Source: Bugula neritina (taxonomy: Eukaryota > Animalia > Bryozoa). From it: a stretch of 64,000 bases of DNA. The stretch lies in NCBI GenBank assembly GCA_964035545.1, contig OZ037767.1, positions 31,822,628-31,886,627 of the forward strand. The letters run 5' to 3'. Positions 16,475 through 30,000 of the stretch are shown piece by piece. The position numbers and the translations under genes were made by a program. The first letter of the stretch is position 1, and the number at the start of each line of letters is the position of its first letter. Under the pieces are notes generated by a model, which saw only the letters and a program-made list of their open reading frames with translations, was not told the DNA's origin and did no database searches.

Positions 16475-16566
<92 letters not shown>

Positions 16567-19500
16567 TTGTATAATCAAATATGTTATATTAATAAGATAG
16601 AATGTAGTATATTTTATTACTATGTTGTGTTATATTATAGGATATATTAAATACATTACATTGTACTATACTATATTATTATATTACAGATGACCTACAT
16701 TACATATATTACATTGTACTATACTATATTATTATATTACAGATGACCTACATTACATATATTACACTATACTATACTATATTATTATATTACAGATGAC
16801 CTACATTACATATATTACATTGTACTATACTATATTATTATATTACAGATGACCTACATTACATATACTACATTGTACTATACTATATTATTATATTACA
16901 GATGACCTACATTACATATATTACATTGTACTATACTATATTATTATATTACAGATGACCTACATTACATATACTACATTGTACTATACTATATTATTAT
17001 ATTACAGATGACCTACATTACATATACTACACTATACTATACTATATTATTATATTACAGATGACCTACATTACATATATTACATTGTACTGTACTATAT
17101 TATTATATTACAGATGACCTACATTACATATACTACATTGTACTATACTATATTATTATATTACAGATGACCTACATTACATATACTACATTGTACTATA
17201 CTATATTATTATATTACAGATGACCTACATTACATATACTACATTGTACTGTACTATATTATTATATTACAGATGACCTACATTACATATATTTCATTGG
17301 GGAGCAACAATTCTGCTCTCTCCAACATGGCAATTTGATGAAGGAGCATCCAGGATACAGGTGAGATAACTCCAACTTTGTGGAGAAATATTTAAATATA
17401 TCATTTTGTTACATTACATATTATACACATACAGCATATGTTATATACATCTAGTGCATGTATTACAAACATATATTATAGACTTATATTATAGACATAA
17501 GGGTTTATACTTTAGATATAACTACCTGTACAACGAGCACGATGCCTACCAGACATACAAACGCCAAGGACACGCCAACTTTACTATAGACTTTGACTAC
17601 CAGGCAATCGGCATATACTATGCTACCATAGTGTCCATCAACGAGGTTAGTTATCATATAGTAATATATCATACTGTATTACTACCATAGTGTCCATCAA
17701 CGAGGTTAGTTATCATATAGTAATATATCATACTGTATTACTACCATAGTGTCCATCAACGAGGTTAGTTATCATATAGTAATATATCATACTGTATTAC
17801 TACCATAGTGTCCATCAACGAGGTTAGTTATCATATAGTAATATATCATACCATAGTATACATATATGACCATGCAGAGTGTGCTATCTTGCAGGTGTCT
17901 GAGTCTAACTTCACTCTGCTGATTGGAGTAACTCGAAAGCCGTGCGAGTGGCCGGTGGTGATCCTGAACAAGAACATGGCGTGTTTGGTGGACAAGCTGT
18001 GTACCGAGTTTGAAGGAGAACCGGTGAGACAGCACTGGCGCTCTCTGCCCGTGGAGGTCAAGGCCGATATATTCATCAACTGCTCGTCTACCAGTGTCTA
18101 CATTCACACCTGGACTGTGAGTGTTATATTACTTCATATAATACACTGTAATATACTATTAAATATTACTGATATATTACTATGGTGTATTACTAGGTAA
18201 TATATTACTACATATAATACTCTGTAATATACTATTAAATATTACTGATATATTATTATAATGTATTACTAAGTAATATATTACTACATATAATACACTG
18301 TAATATACTATTAAATATTACTGATATATTACTATGATATTTTACTAAGTAATATAATACTACATATAATACGCTGTAATAAATGACTACATACTACTGT
18401 ACTATATTACTAAGATAGCTTACTATAATATATTACTAAGATAGCTTACTATAATATATTACTAAGATAGCTTACTATAATATATTACTAAGATAGCTTA
18501 CTATAATATATTACTAAGTAATTTATAACTTTAGGTTGAAGAGTACAACAAGACAACGGGAGATAAGATACGTGACTTGACCCCCGAGGATTTGATGAAC
18601 TCGCGAGGGGGTGTTCCAGAGTTCTACAGCACCGTTTCCCTGCCGAGCATCCTTGTGCCCAAACTCACCCTCCCCTATGGACTGTATAAGTTCAGTCTGA
18701 ACGTTAGCATGGGGGGTGAGATTGGAATAGAGACCTCAAGCTATGCCTACTTGGAGATAGGTGTGTACTCATCCTCCTATACTTTACATCCTCACATATA
18801 TGGTAACCTTTTGACCTCATTGTAGTTATATCTTGACCTCTTGACCTTATTTTAATTATATTTTGACCTCTTGACCTCATTGTGTATTGTAGTTAAATCT
18901 GACCTCGTCACCAGTGTCCTTGGAGGCATGACGCGACGTGTTGGCTGGGGGTCAAATTTTACGCTAGACGCTCTCACCCAGTCGTATGATCCAGACTTCC
19001 CTGAGTACAAGGATGACTTCAAGTATGAGCTTCTGTATTCTTGTCTCTCTCTGTTTACTCTCTCACGTTGTCTCCTCTCACTTATTTTACTGTGACTCTC
19101 GCTGTTATACTGTGTAGTATATGGTGAGTTGGTAGCTGGTGGCCTGAGGGTATTGACTAGTATTTGTGGACTTGTAGGTGTAGATGGCTGTGTAAGAGAC
19201 AGAATGAAACGTGGCCAGTGTACGATGAAGACTACGAGTATGAGATTACTCCCTTCACGCCCATGGAGTCTGCCAAGTATCCTACAAACGACAAGGGTGG
19301 ATGCTTCATCGATAACACCAACTCTTCAGGTTAAACATTCAACCTGATTGGCCAATGTAGTGTAACAACCTTTCTGATTGCATAGTAGATGCAGAAATTC
19401 ATTGTCTGGTGTAGTTCATGCTAACACTTTTTCTAAGTAGAGTTGATCGTAATCATTGGCTAATAATATTCTCCAGGTTTCTTTGACATTCGTAACGAGT

Positions 19501-22500
19501 CCATTGAAGATCCTAGTGGCTGTATTTTCACCCATGACTTCTACTACTCGTACAAGTTAGAGAAGATAGAATTCAAAGTGCTTATTCAAAAAGGAGATCA
19601 GAAGAGAGAGTTGCAGACGTTTGTTGATATCACAATCGGTGATCCGCCCCAAATTGACATCACTTCTGAATCGTAAGCTCATCATTCTATCTTTGCAGTT
19701 CGTTATGGCTGTCTGTGTGTAAATATACTTCATTATTGCGGCAGTATTGCATTCTTTTCAGTATAAAACTCAGCTTTTTAAGCAGTATAAATAGTTTATA
19801 CAAGAATTATTCAGCTAACATTGATGAAATATTTTACACCTTGTTGTAGAGCTTGCTTGTCTAATTGTGGTCCAAAGTTGAACTACGCTGACAAGTACAC
19901 AATAAAGGCAAGAGTGCTCAATAAAGTCCGGGGGTTCAAGTACTCGTACTCGTATGTATCAGTGTATTACCTCCCGTTATACATTACTGTATACTATACA
20001 TTATAACTATACCGTATACTGCTATACTGTATACCGTATACTGCTATACTGTATACTGCTATACCGTATACTGCTATACCGTATACTGCTATACTGTATA
20101 CCGTATACTGCTATACTGTATACTGCTATACCGTATACTGCTATACCGTATACTGCTATACTGCTATACCGTATACTGCTATACCGTATACTGCTATACC
20201 GTATACTGCTATACTGCTATACCGTATACTGCTATACTGCTATACCGTATACTGCTATACCGTATAATGCTCTACCGTATACTGCTATACCGTATACTGC
20301 TATACTGCTATACCGTATACTGCTATACCGTATACTGCTATACTGCTATACCGTATACTGCTATACCGTATACTGCTATACCGTATACTGCTATACCGTA
20401 TACTGCTATACTGTATACTGCTATACCGTATACTGTATACTGCTCAACTTTGTAGATGGAATCTGTTTGAGGCGTTTGGCATAAGCAGCAGCATAAACCC
20501 CTACGATGCTCACCAACTCGGAGATCCCGATAATATCCTGGAGGAAGGAACGTACAGGAAATGCTCTGATTATGACGGGTTGACGGAGGAAGCTATAAAT
20601 ACTCTCAAACAAACGCATGGCCGATTCATAGGTGCATTGCTTTGTTGCTAGGCAACCATCTTCCTTCCTGTGTACGAATGATGTCTCAATCTAGCTCAAG
20701 GTGTTGCTGTGCTTGTAGATTTTTGCCAAGCCGCATCTACTGGTGTAGACAGACAGGCCATCACACTGGAGAAGAACTTGTTCACAGTTGACGATACTTC
20801 CAATACTTACTTCCTTTATGTTAAAGTATCCATTGATGACTCTACTATCTACGGTGTGTGCTGCTCATTGGGTCGGGTTTGAAGTTGTTCTCTTTACTTA
20901 TGCTCACAATGAATCTATATTGAATGCTGTGGATGATATATTATAGTAGTCACATGGCATAGTATAGTAGTCACATGGCATAGTATAGTAGTCACATGAT
21001 ATAGTATAGTAGTCACATGACATAGTATAGTAGTCACATGACATAGTATAGTAGTCATGTGACATAGTATAGTAGTCATGTGACATAGTATAGTAGTCAC
21101 ATGACATAGTATAGTAGTCATGTGACATAGTATAGTAGTCACATGACATAGTATAGTAGTCACATGACATAGTATAGTAGTCATGTGACATAGTATAGTA
21201 GTCATGTGATGTACTTTCCTTGCAGGTGAAACGTATCGACCTTTCTACATAAATTCACCACCGAAAGCAGGCGAGTGTCACATGGTACCACCTAACGGCA
21301 CGGCTCTAGTTGATAAGTTCAACGTGGAGTGCACGACTCCGTTTGAGGACGAACACAAACCTTACAGCTACGAGGTCACAGTTGCTGGGTCTTCCTGCTG
21401 TCAAGATGAGCCAGAAAATATTCCAAAATGGACGTTCTTCCACAAAGGTGACTTGAGAGGCCTCAACTGATTGGCTCTACATGACTCATCTACATTCTTT
21501 CTGTATCAGTTGTTCTGTCAGATAATACTTGTCACTATTGTCATCGTATAGGTGGAAAGGGTAGACAATTCTTAATGATGCTTCTGATAGATTGCATTTT
21601 ACAGTGTGCAAACCGCTGTATTTTGTAGAGTTTATAAAAATACAGGGATAATTCGCAAGTGGCATAAAGCCTTTAAATGATTCAGTATGTTATTGTTTGG
21701 CAACTGTAATTGGAGTTGTACTCTTTTCCAGGAAACAACCCATTCTCAAATGACGGGGGACTTCTGTCTGTGGGAAACGAGGACAATGACTTCAAGCAGT
21801 GGCTGAGAGTTCGGTGCTTTGATGGCCTTGGGTCTTGGACAGATATTTACATTCAGGCGGTCATTATGCCGCCACCCCTTGATGTATTGCTAAAGCAGGC
21901 TATGTGTAAGTCAAGTTTTCACTGTTGAGGCGCAGATACATTTGTGTTCTGCACTACTAGGAAGTGTTTCTACACTGTTGTAATCAATTACTGTTGTGTG
22001 TTCTCATTGGACAAATTATTCATTCATGCATTCTCATTGGATAATCTGACAAGGACATTTTTATTCCAGTGATGCTGAGTGTGGAAGGTGAAGGTATCTT
22101 CAATAACCCTGACACTGCTGCCAATACAGCTGGTGCAATTGCTGACGCACTCAATAACCCCACGTCAAACTGCACATCATGTAAGAACTATTTGGTTTAT
22201 TATAAACTACATTACTATTAGCTGTACTATTAGCTGTACTATTAGCTGTACTATTAGCTGTACTATTAGCTGTACTATTAGCTGTAACTGGCTGTATTAT
22301 TAGCTGTATTATTAGCTGTAGCTGGTTGTACTAGAAACTAAAGTCTTTAAAATATGTTGAAGGTGACTTGGATGAGATAAAACAGTTGAAGTTGCCAGAA
22401 GATTTGGAGGTAGATAACACCACTTACTACCAAATGATGTTTGACTTCTGTGTGGACGAGGAAGTGGAGTGTCTTGCAGATGAAGTCATTCAACGAGAGA

Positions 22501-23973
22501 TATTCAGAGAGGCCATGATGCTCAGATTCTCCAAAGTTAGACCTGTGAGTTGAAATCTCTCAAGAGTTAAAATCTATACTAGTTTTTATGTTGAATATTT
22601 CATCAGCAGTACCCCATTCAATAATTACTAATTTTAGCAAACCGTAGCGGGCTGTGAGAGTAAGACGGCCACTCTCGAACGACTCGTTGGAAACCCGGAG
22701 GAGATTAGTCCAGACGCTCTGGACGAGCTTGCAGAGCAGAATCAGGTAATTGATACAGCAATATGTCTGCTTAGTCGTTATGTGATGATTAGAGATGTCT
22801 GTATGGGTAGCAGTTGACCCACATGTTTTGTGTTGTAGTATTGTGTGGATTTGATAGCCAACACAGATGAGGTTATGGACAATGCCCTTCTTGACTCCAT
22901 GACCAACAAATTAGTTGGATCATGTGGCAAGGGCGTAGACGCAGCCAAGAACCAGGATGAAGATGAACTGGCAGACGCTGAGGCTATCGAACAGCAGACG
23001 TCTGAGTCTGAGACTCAAGATCTAGAAGAAACTCGCAGAAGAAAGAAAAGAGCCGTTTTGAGGAGAAAGAGAAGTGAGAGGAGACGGCGTAAAACTAGTG
23101 GTGACAACCAGGTGTGTAATCTACAACAGCAATACTGTGTAGTAACTAGCAATACTGGGTAGCAACTAGCAATACTGAGTAGTAACTAGCAATACTGTGT
23201 AGTAACTAGCAATACTGAGTAGTAACTAGCAATACTGTGTAGTAACTAGCAATACTGGGTAGCAACTAGCAATACTGAGTATTAACTAGCAATACTGGGT
23301 AATAACTAGCAATACTGAGTAGTAACTAGCAATACTGTGTAGTAACTAGCAATACTGTGTAATGACTAGCAATACTGAGTAGCAACTAGCAATACTGTGT
23401 AGCAACTAACAATACTGTGTAGTAACTAGTAATACTGAATAATAACTAGCAATACTGAGTAGCAACTAGCAATACTGTGTAGCAACTAGCAATACTGTGT
23501 AGCAACTAACAATACTGTGTAGTAACTAGTAATACCGTGTAATAACTAGCAATACTGTGTAGTAACTAGCAATACTGTGTAGTAACTAGCAATACTGAGT
23601 AGCAACTAGCAATACTGTGTAATAACTAGTAATACTGAATAATAACTAGCAATACTGTGTAGTAACTAGCTGTACTGTGTAGTAACTAGCAATACTGGGT
23701 AGCAACTAGCAATACTGAGTAGCAACTAGCAATACTGAATAATAACTAGCAATACTGAATAGCAGCACCATTTTTACTTGTAGGGCAAAATGCTGCAGTC
23801 ACTTGAAGAAGTGGGTGACATGGTTAGCTCTAAAAAGGCACCAGGAGAGAACCCCACTTTGGTATCCTCCCCTTCCATGAATATGGCTGTCAACCGTGCT
23901 TATTTGGACTCTGGGTGTAAGTTGCCTCTTCTCTGTGTTACCAACTGCTCATCATAGCTATAGTTTTATACGC

Positions 23974-24041
<68 letters not shown>

Positions 24042-27000
24042 TATAGACACTATTTATAGTACTGGGTACTACAAACAGTGTATATAGTACTATTGTTGGT
24101 TGAATTTCTAGTATTACTAACTCTTTCATGATTTCTAGCCACTGTGCCAGCAGACGAGAGCAATGGCTTGTCGCTGCCAGGGGGAGGCAGCATGTTTCCG
24201 GACTCTAATGACACATCTCAACTTGTCATGGCCACCACTGTGCTGGTTCAGGCCACCAACCCTTTTCTCAGCAAGAACGGTTCGTCCAACGACACTTTAA
24301 AGATAAACAGCGCTGTAGTCATGTTAGACTTGAAGGACGAAAATGGAGCCGGTATTTCAATGGGTGGGTGGAGTTTAGCCTCTTTGTCTTCAAAGCAACG
24401 TTTGCAGCTGTTAGTCTATTTCTTGTTCATTATTTTTTCCTTTTAGGGAATGTGACGGCACCCACCCATCTCCTGATTGGCCGAGACCCCGCAACTGTTG
24501 AGTCTACTGTTGTTGTGAACGAGGCTGGGAGATATGAGGACCCTGATGATGACACTCCCTTTTTAATACATAAGGTGGCTCTACGTTGTTATACCTAACA
24601 GTTTATATAACATGTGTTATACCTAACAGTTATATAACATGTGTTATACCTAACAGTTTATATAACATGTGTTATACCTAACAGTTATATAACATATGTT
24701 ATACCTAACAGTTTATATAACATGTGTTATACCTAACAGTTTATATAACATGTGTTATACCTAACAGTTATATAACATGTGTTATACCTAACAGTTATAT
24801 AACATATTAGCTTTATATTATATCTAACAGTTTATATAACATGTGTTATACCTAACAGTTTATATAACATATGTTATACCTAACAGTTTATATAACATGT
24901 GTTATACCTAACAGTTATATAACATGTGTTATACCTAACAGTTTATATAACATGTGTTATACCTAACAGTTATATAACATGGGTTATACCTAACAGTTAT
25001 ATAACATGTGTTATACCTAACAGTTTATATAACATGTGTTATACCTAACAGTTATATAACATATTAGCTTTATATTATATCTAACAGTTTATATAACATG
25101 TATTATACCTAACAGTTTATATAACATATGTTATACCTAACAGTTATATAACATGTGTTATACCTAACAGTTATATAACATGTGTTATACCTAACAGTTT
25201 ATATAACATGTGTTATACCTAACAGTTATATAACATATTAGCTTTATATTATATCTAACAGTTTATATAACATGTGTTATACCTAACAGTTATATAACAT
25301 GTGTTATACCTAACAGTTTATATAACATGTGTTATACCTAACAGTTATATAACATATTAGCTTTATATTATATCTAACAGTTTATATAACATGTGTTATA
25401 CCTAACAGTTTATATAACATATGTTATACCTAACAGTTTATATAACATGTGTTATACCTAACAGTTATATAACATGTGTTATACCTAACAGTTTATATAA
25501 CATATGTTATACCTAACAGTTTATATAACATGTGTTATACCTAACAGTTATATAACATGTGTTATACCTAACAGTTTATATAACATGTGTTATATATACT
25601 GTTAAGGTATGATACAAAGCTAATATGTTATATATACTGTTAGGATATAATATAAAGCTAATATGTTATATATACTGTTAAGGTATGATACAAAGCTAAT
25701 ATGTTATATATACTGTTAAGATATAATATAAAGCTAATATGTTATGTAAACTGTTGAGATATAATATAAAGCTAATATGTTATATATACTGTTAAGATAT
25801 AATATAAAGCTAATATGTTATGTAAACTGTTAGGTAAAGGTGGGCGGAGCTTCCAGTCTGCATATCAGAGTTGTACAGACCTGGATGTTCAACACGACCA
25901 ACTGCTCTCTCTACAACGAAACGACAGCGGACAATGAAACGTTGGCCTATTGTAACTGGACGAGTAAGTCTCTCTTTCATTTACTTACATTTAGTGTGTG
26001 CTATAACTATATATAGTGTGTGCTATAACTATATATAGTGTGTGCTATAACTATATATAGTGTGTGCTATAACTATATTTAGTGTGTGCTATAACTATAT
26101 TTAGTGTGTGCTATAACTATATATAGTGTGTGCTATAACTATATTTAGTGTGTGCTATAACTATATTTAGTGTGTGCTATAACTATATATAGTGTGTGCT
26201 ATAACTATATTTAGTGTGTGCTATAACTATATTTAGTGTGTGCTATAACTATATATAGTGTGTGCTATAACTATATATAGTGTGTGCTATAACTATATAT
26301 AGTGTGTGCTATAACTATATTTAGTGTGTGCTATAACTATATATAGTGTGTGCTATCTATCTTTAATGGTGTAGTCTGAGTTTTCTACTTGTAGGTGAAA
26401 TACAGACCACGCCCCAACCAACATGGTTGGACGTCAGTACTCAGAACTCTACTTCCACAACTGTTGTTACAGCTTATAGTATGTTGCAGTTTATCTTGTG
26501 TAGTAATATGTATCTAGTGTAATATTGTATTATATATTGTATAGTAATATGTATCTAGTGTAATATTATATTATATCTTGTGTAGTAGTAATATGTATCT
26601 AGTGTAATATTATATTATATCTTGTATAGTAATATGTATCTAGTGTAATATTATATTATATCTTGTATAGTAGTAATATGTATCTAGTGTAATATTATAT
26701 TATATATTGTATAGTAGTAATATGTATCTAGTGTAATATTATATTATATATTGTATAGTAGTAATATGCATCTAGTGTAATATTGTATACCTCCTGTTAT
26801 GATATTGTATGTAAAATATGACTTACATCTGCTAATATTGTGAGTAAGTGTGTTAGTATAGTGAGTACGTCTGCTATAGTGAGTACGTCTGCTAGTATAG
26901 TGAGTACGTCTGCTAGTATAGTGAGTACATCTACTAGTATAGTGAGTACGTCTGCTAGTACAGTAAGTACGTCTGCTAGTATAGTGAGTACGTCTGCTAG

Positions 27001-30000
27001 TACAGTAAGTACGTCTGCTAGTATAGTGAGTACGTCTGCTAGTATAGTGAGTGCGTCTGCTAGTATAGTGAGTACGTCTGCTAGTACAGTAAGTACGTCT
27101 GCTAGTATAGTGAGTACGTCTGCTAGTACAGTAAGTACGTCTGCTAGTATAGTGAGTACGTCTGCTAGTACAGTAAGTACGTCTGCTAGTATAGTGAGTA
27201 CGTCTGCTAGTATAGTGAGTACGTCTGCTAGTATAGTGAGTACATCTACTAGTATAGTGAGTACGTCTGCTAGTACAGTAAGTACGTCTGCTAGTATAGT
27301 GAGTACGTCTGCTAGTACAGTAAGTACGTCTGCTAGTATAGTGAGTACGTCTGCTAGTATACTGAGTACCTCTGTTAGAGTTTTACTCTGTTTATCCTTA
27401 TTACAGACACAACTTCAACTGTTAATATTTCGAGCTCAACAACTGGAACAACCACCACTACCAATTACTCCACCACTACCAATTACTCTACCACTACCAA
27501 TTACTCCACCACTGCCAATACAACTCTCTCGCCTGAATCTTCTGCTCCAGATGCGGTATATTTATATTTCCTATCTCAATGAAATCCACAGTTATCTAAG
27601 TGATATTTATAGTGTGCTGGACGAGCAATGTGGTGTTTTTCAGTGTGTCCTTTGATCCTTTTACAGACAACTCAGTTGCCAATGGAGACAACTGAAAACT
27701 GGATTGTTGATAAAACAAATAAAACTGGATGGATTTTGATAATGTCAGTGAATTCTAGACCTAGCCTCGTGTCCCCAGACAGCTACTTCACCTGTACTTT
27801 ACCCTCCCTCAATGACCCCTACAAGGTAGCTACTTTCTCTTAATGACCCGTACAAGGTAACTATTCTCTCTTTATGACCCCTGCAAGGTAACTATTCTGT
27901 TTTCAGTTGCTACAACGAGAGATCAACATGAACAACATAAACCCTGTGAATATATCAGACAGTCACCTGAACAGCACGGACATTCCTGATTGGCTGTGGA
28001 ACCTGCCACCCAACCTCCAGAGAGACATGGACACCTGCTTCATGAGCAACTCCTTCTTTGACAGGTCAGAATATCCCGCACTTTGACTCACCAAATGCAC
28101 AAGCTATAGCGACGGGGGGGGGGGGGTGTTGTAAGGAATTACTCGATATTTTACATGTAGCCAAGTTCTTGGTCTATCTTGTCAGGCATGTGTATACTGA
28201 GATGAACATCTTGTTCTAGAAAGATCTGCCATTGATGTGTTCACTCTATATCACACTATCCGCTATACTTACAGTGCTGAAGAGGTTGAGGTGTACGTGG
28301 GACTCAAGTATGTTCCTCCAGAGTACCTTGATCTCCCTTGGGGCAACACCTCAGAATTGGTAACGTCTACAGCACCACCTAGTGTGAGGAAGCGTCGGGC
28401 AGCTGGTGCTTCTTCTGGTAGGTCCTTGAACTGACCTTGACCTTTATTGTAACTCTAAAAATTCCCGTTTCAATGTTAGCTGCCGGCTTTTTTATTAGTT
28501 ATTCAGTGTTTATAGCTGATTGACCGAGAGCAAACAATTCCTAATTTAGTTAATACATTGTCATGACTGCTGGTGCCTTCCTGCAGATAACTCCACGTCA
28601 TTTGAGGAGCTGATAGAGAGAGTGTTTTACCAGATGGAGTTTTACAGCGCCCAGTGTAAAGTCTGGAATCACTATACACAGGTCTGACTACAGTCTAGTC
28701 TATGCACCAGACTACAAGACTTAGTGTTGTATTCTACACACCAGACTACAAGACTCAGTGTTGTATTCTACACACCAGACTACAAGACTCAGTGTTGTAT
28801 TCTACACACCAGACTACAACACTAAGCGTTGATTACGAGTTTCTGTGCTGGCTTGAATATTATGACTTCTTTCTTAGCTTCAACTTGGCTGTTTGTTATT
28901 TGTTTTTGTGGGTCTCAGAATTGGCAATAAAAAGTGATAGTCAGATATATATTTCTACGTTAATGTATGTTTTTAGACTTGAATATTTCATGTAGTTTGG
29001 AGTTGTGTTTCTTGTAGAGCTGGGAGACAGAGGGATGTGAGGTAGGGCCGTACTCCACCCCCACCCAAACCCACTGTATCTGCACTCAGTTGGAGCGTGT
29101 GAAGCCCGAGGGATGGGTGGAGCCCCTCGGTGACATTGACCCTGTTTCTGGTGAAGTTATTCCCCCGCCTTCTGCTCCCCCGATGTCTTTTGGTGCTGGT
29201 GAGTGAGTTATGCATATCGTATATGATAGTCATGTGTGTAGTATATGATAGTCATACGTGTAGTATATGATAGTCATACATGTAGTATATGATAGTCATA
29301 CGTGTAGTATATGATAGTCATACGTGTAGTATATAGTAGTCATACATGTAGTATATGATAGTCATACGTGTAGTATATAGTAGTCATACGTGTGGTATAT
29401 GATAGTCATACGTGTAGTATATAGTAGTCATACGTGTAGTATATGATAGTCATACGTGTAGTATATGATAGTCATCTGTGTAGTATATAATAGTCATCTG
29501 TGTAGTATATGGTAGTCATACATGTAGTATATAATAGTCATACGTGTAGTATATGATAGTCATACGTGTAGTATATGATAGTCATACGTGTAGTATATGA
29601 TAGTCATATGTGTAGTATATCATAGTCATACGTCTAGTATATCATAGTCATACGTGTAGTATATCATAGTCATATGTGTAGTATATCATAGTCATACGTG
29701 TAGTATATCATAGTCATACGTGTAGTATATCATAGTCATACGTGTAGTATATCATAGTCATACGTGTAGTATATCATAGTCATACGTGTAGTATATCATA
29801 GTCATACGTGTAGTATATAATAGTTACGTATTGTTGCAGCCCTAGCAGTGCCTACCAATGAGATTGATATGACTGGGGCAGCATTTGCCAACCTTGGAGA
29901 GAATCCTCTGGTATTCTCGTTCATGGTGTCCCTCATGTGTCTGTACCTCTGTCTCTGTATCTGGGCCAGATCTGCCGACCTCAAGGACGAGATCAAGTCT

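Noticed and set aside
16253-16574. Identical ORFs on both strands
   Set aside because: A direct consequence of the palindrome, not genes.
16650-17292. Regularly spaced repeats resembling a CRISPR array (also 10247-10412, 17623-17855)
   Set aside because: Head-to-tail units without unique spacers, no cas genes, and a eukaryotic intron context.
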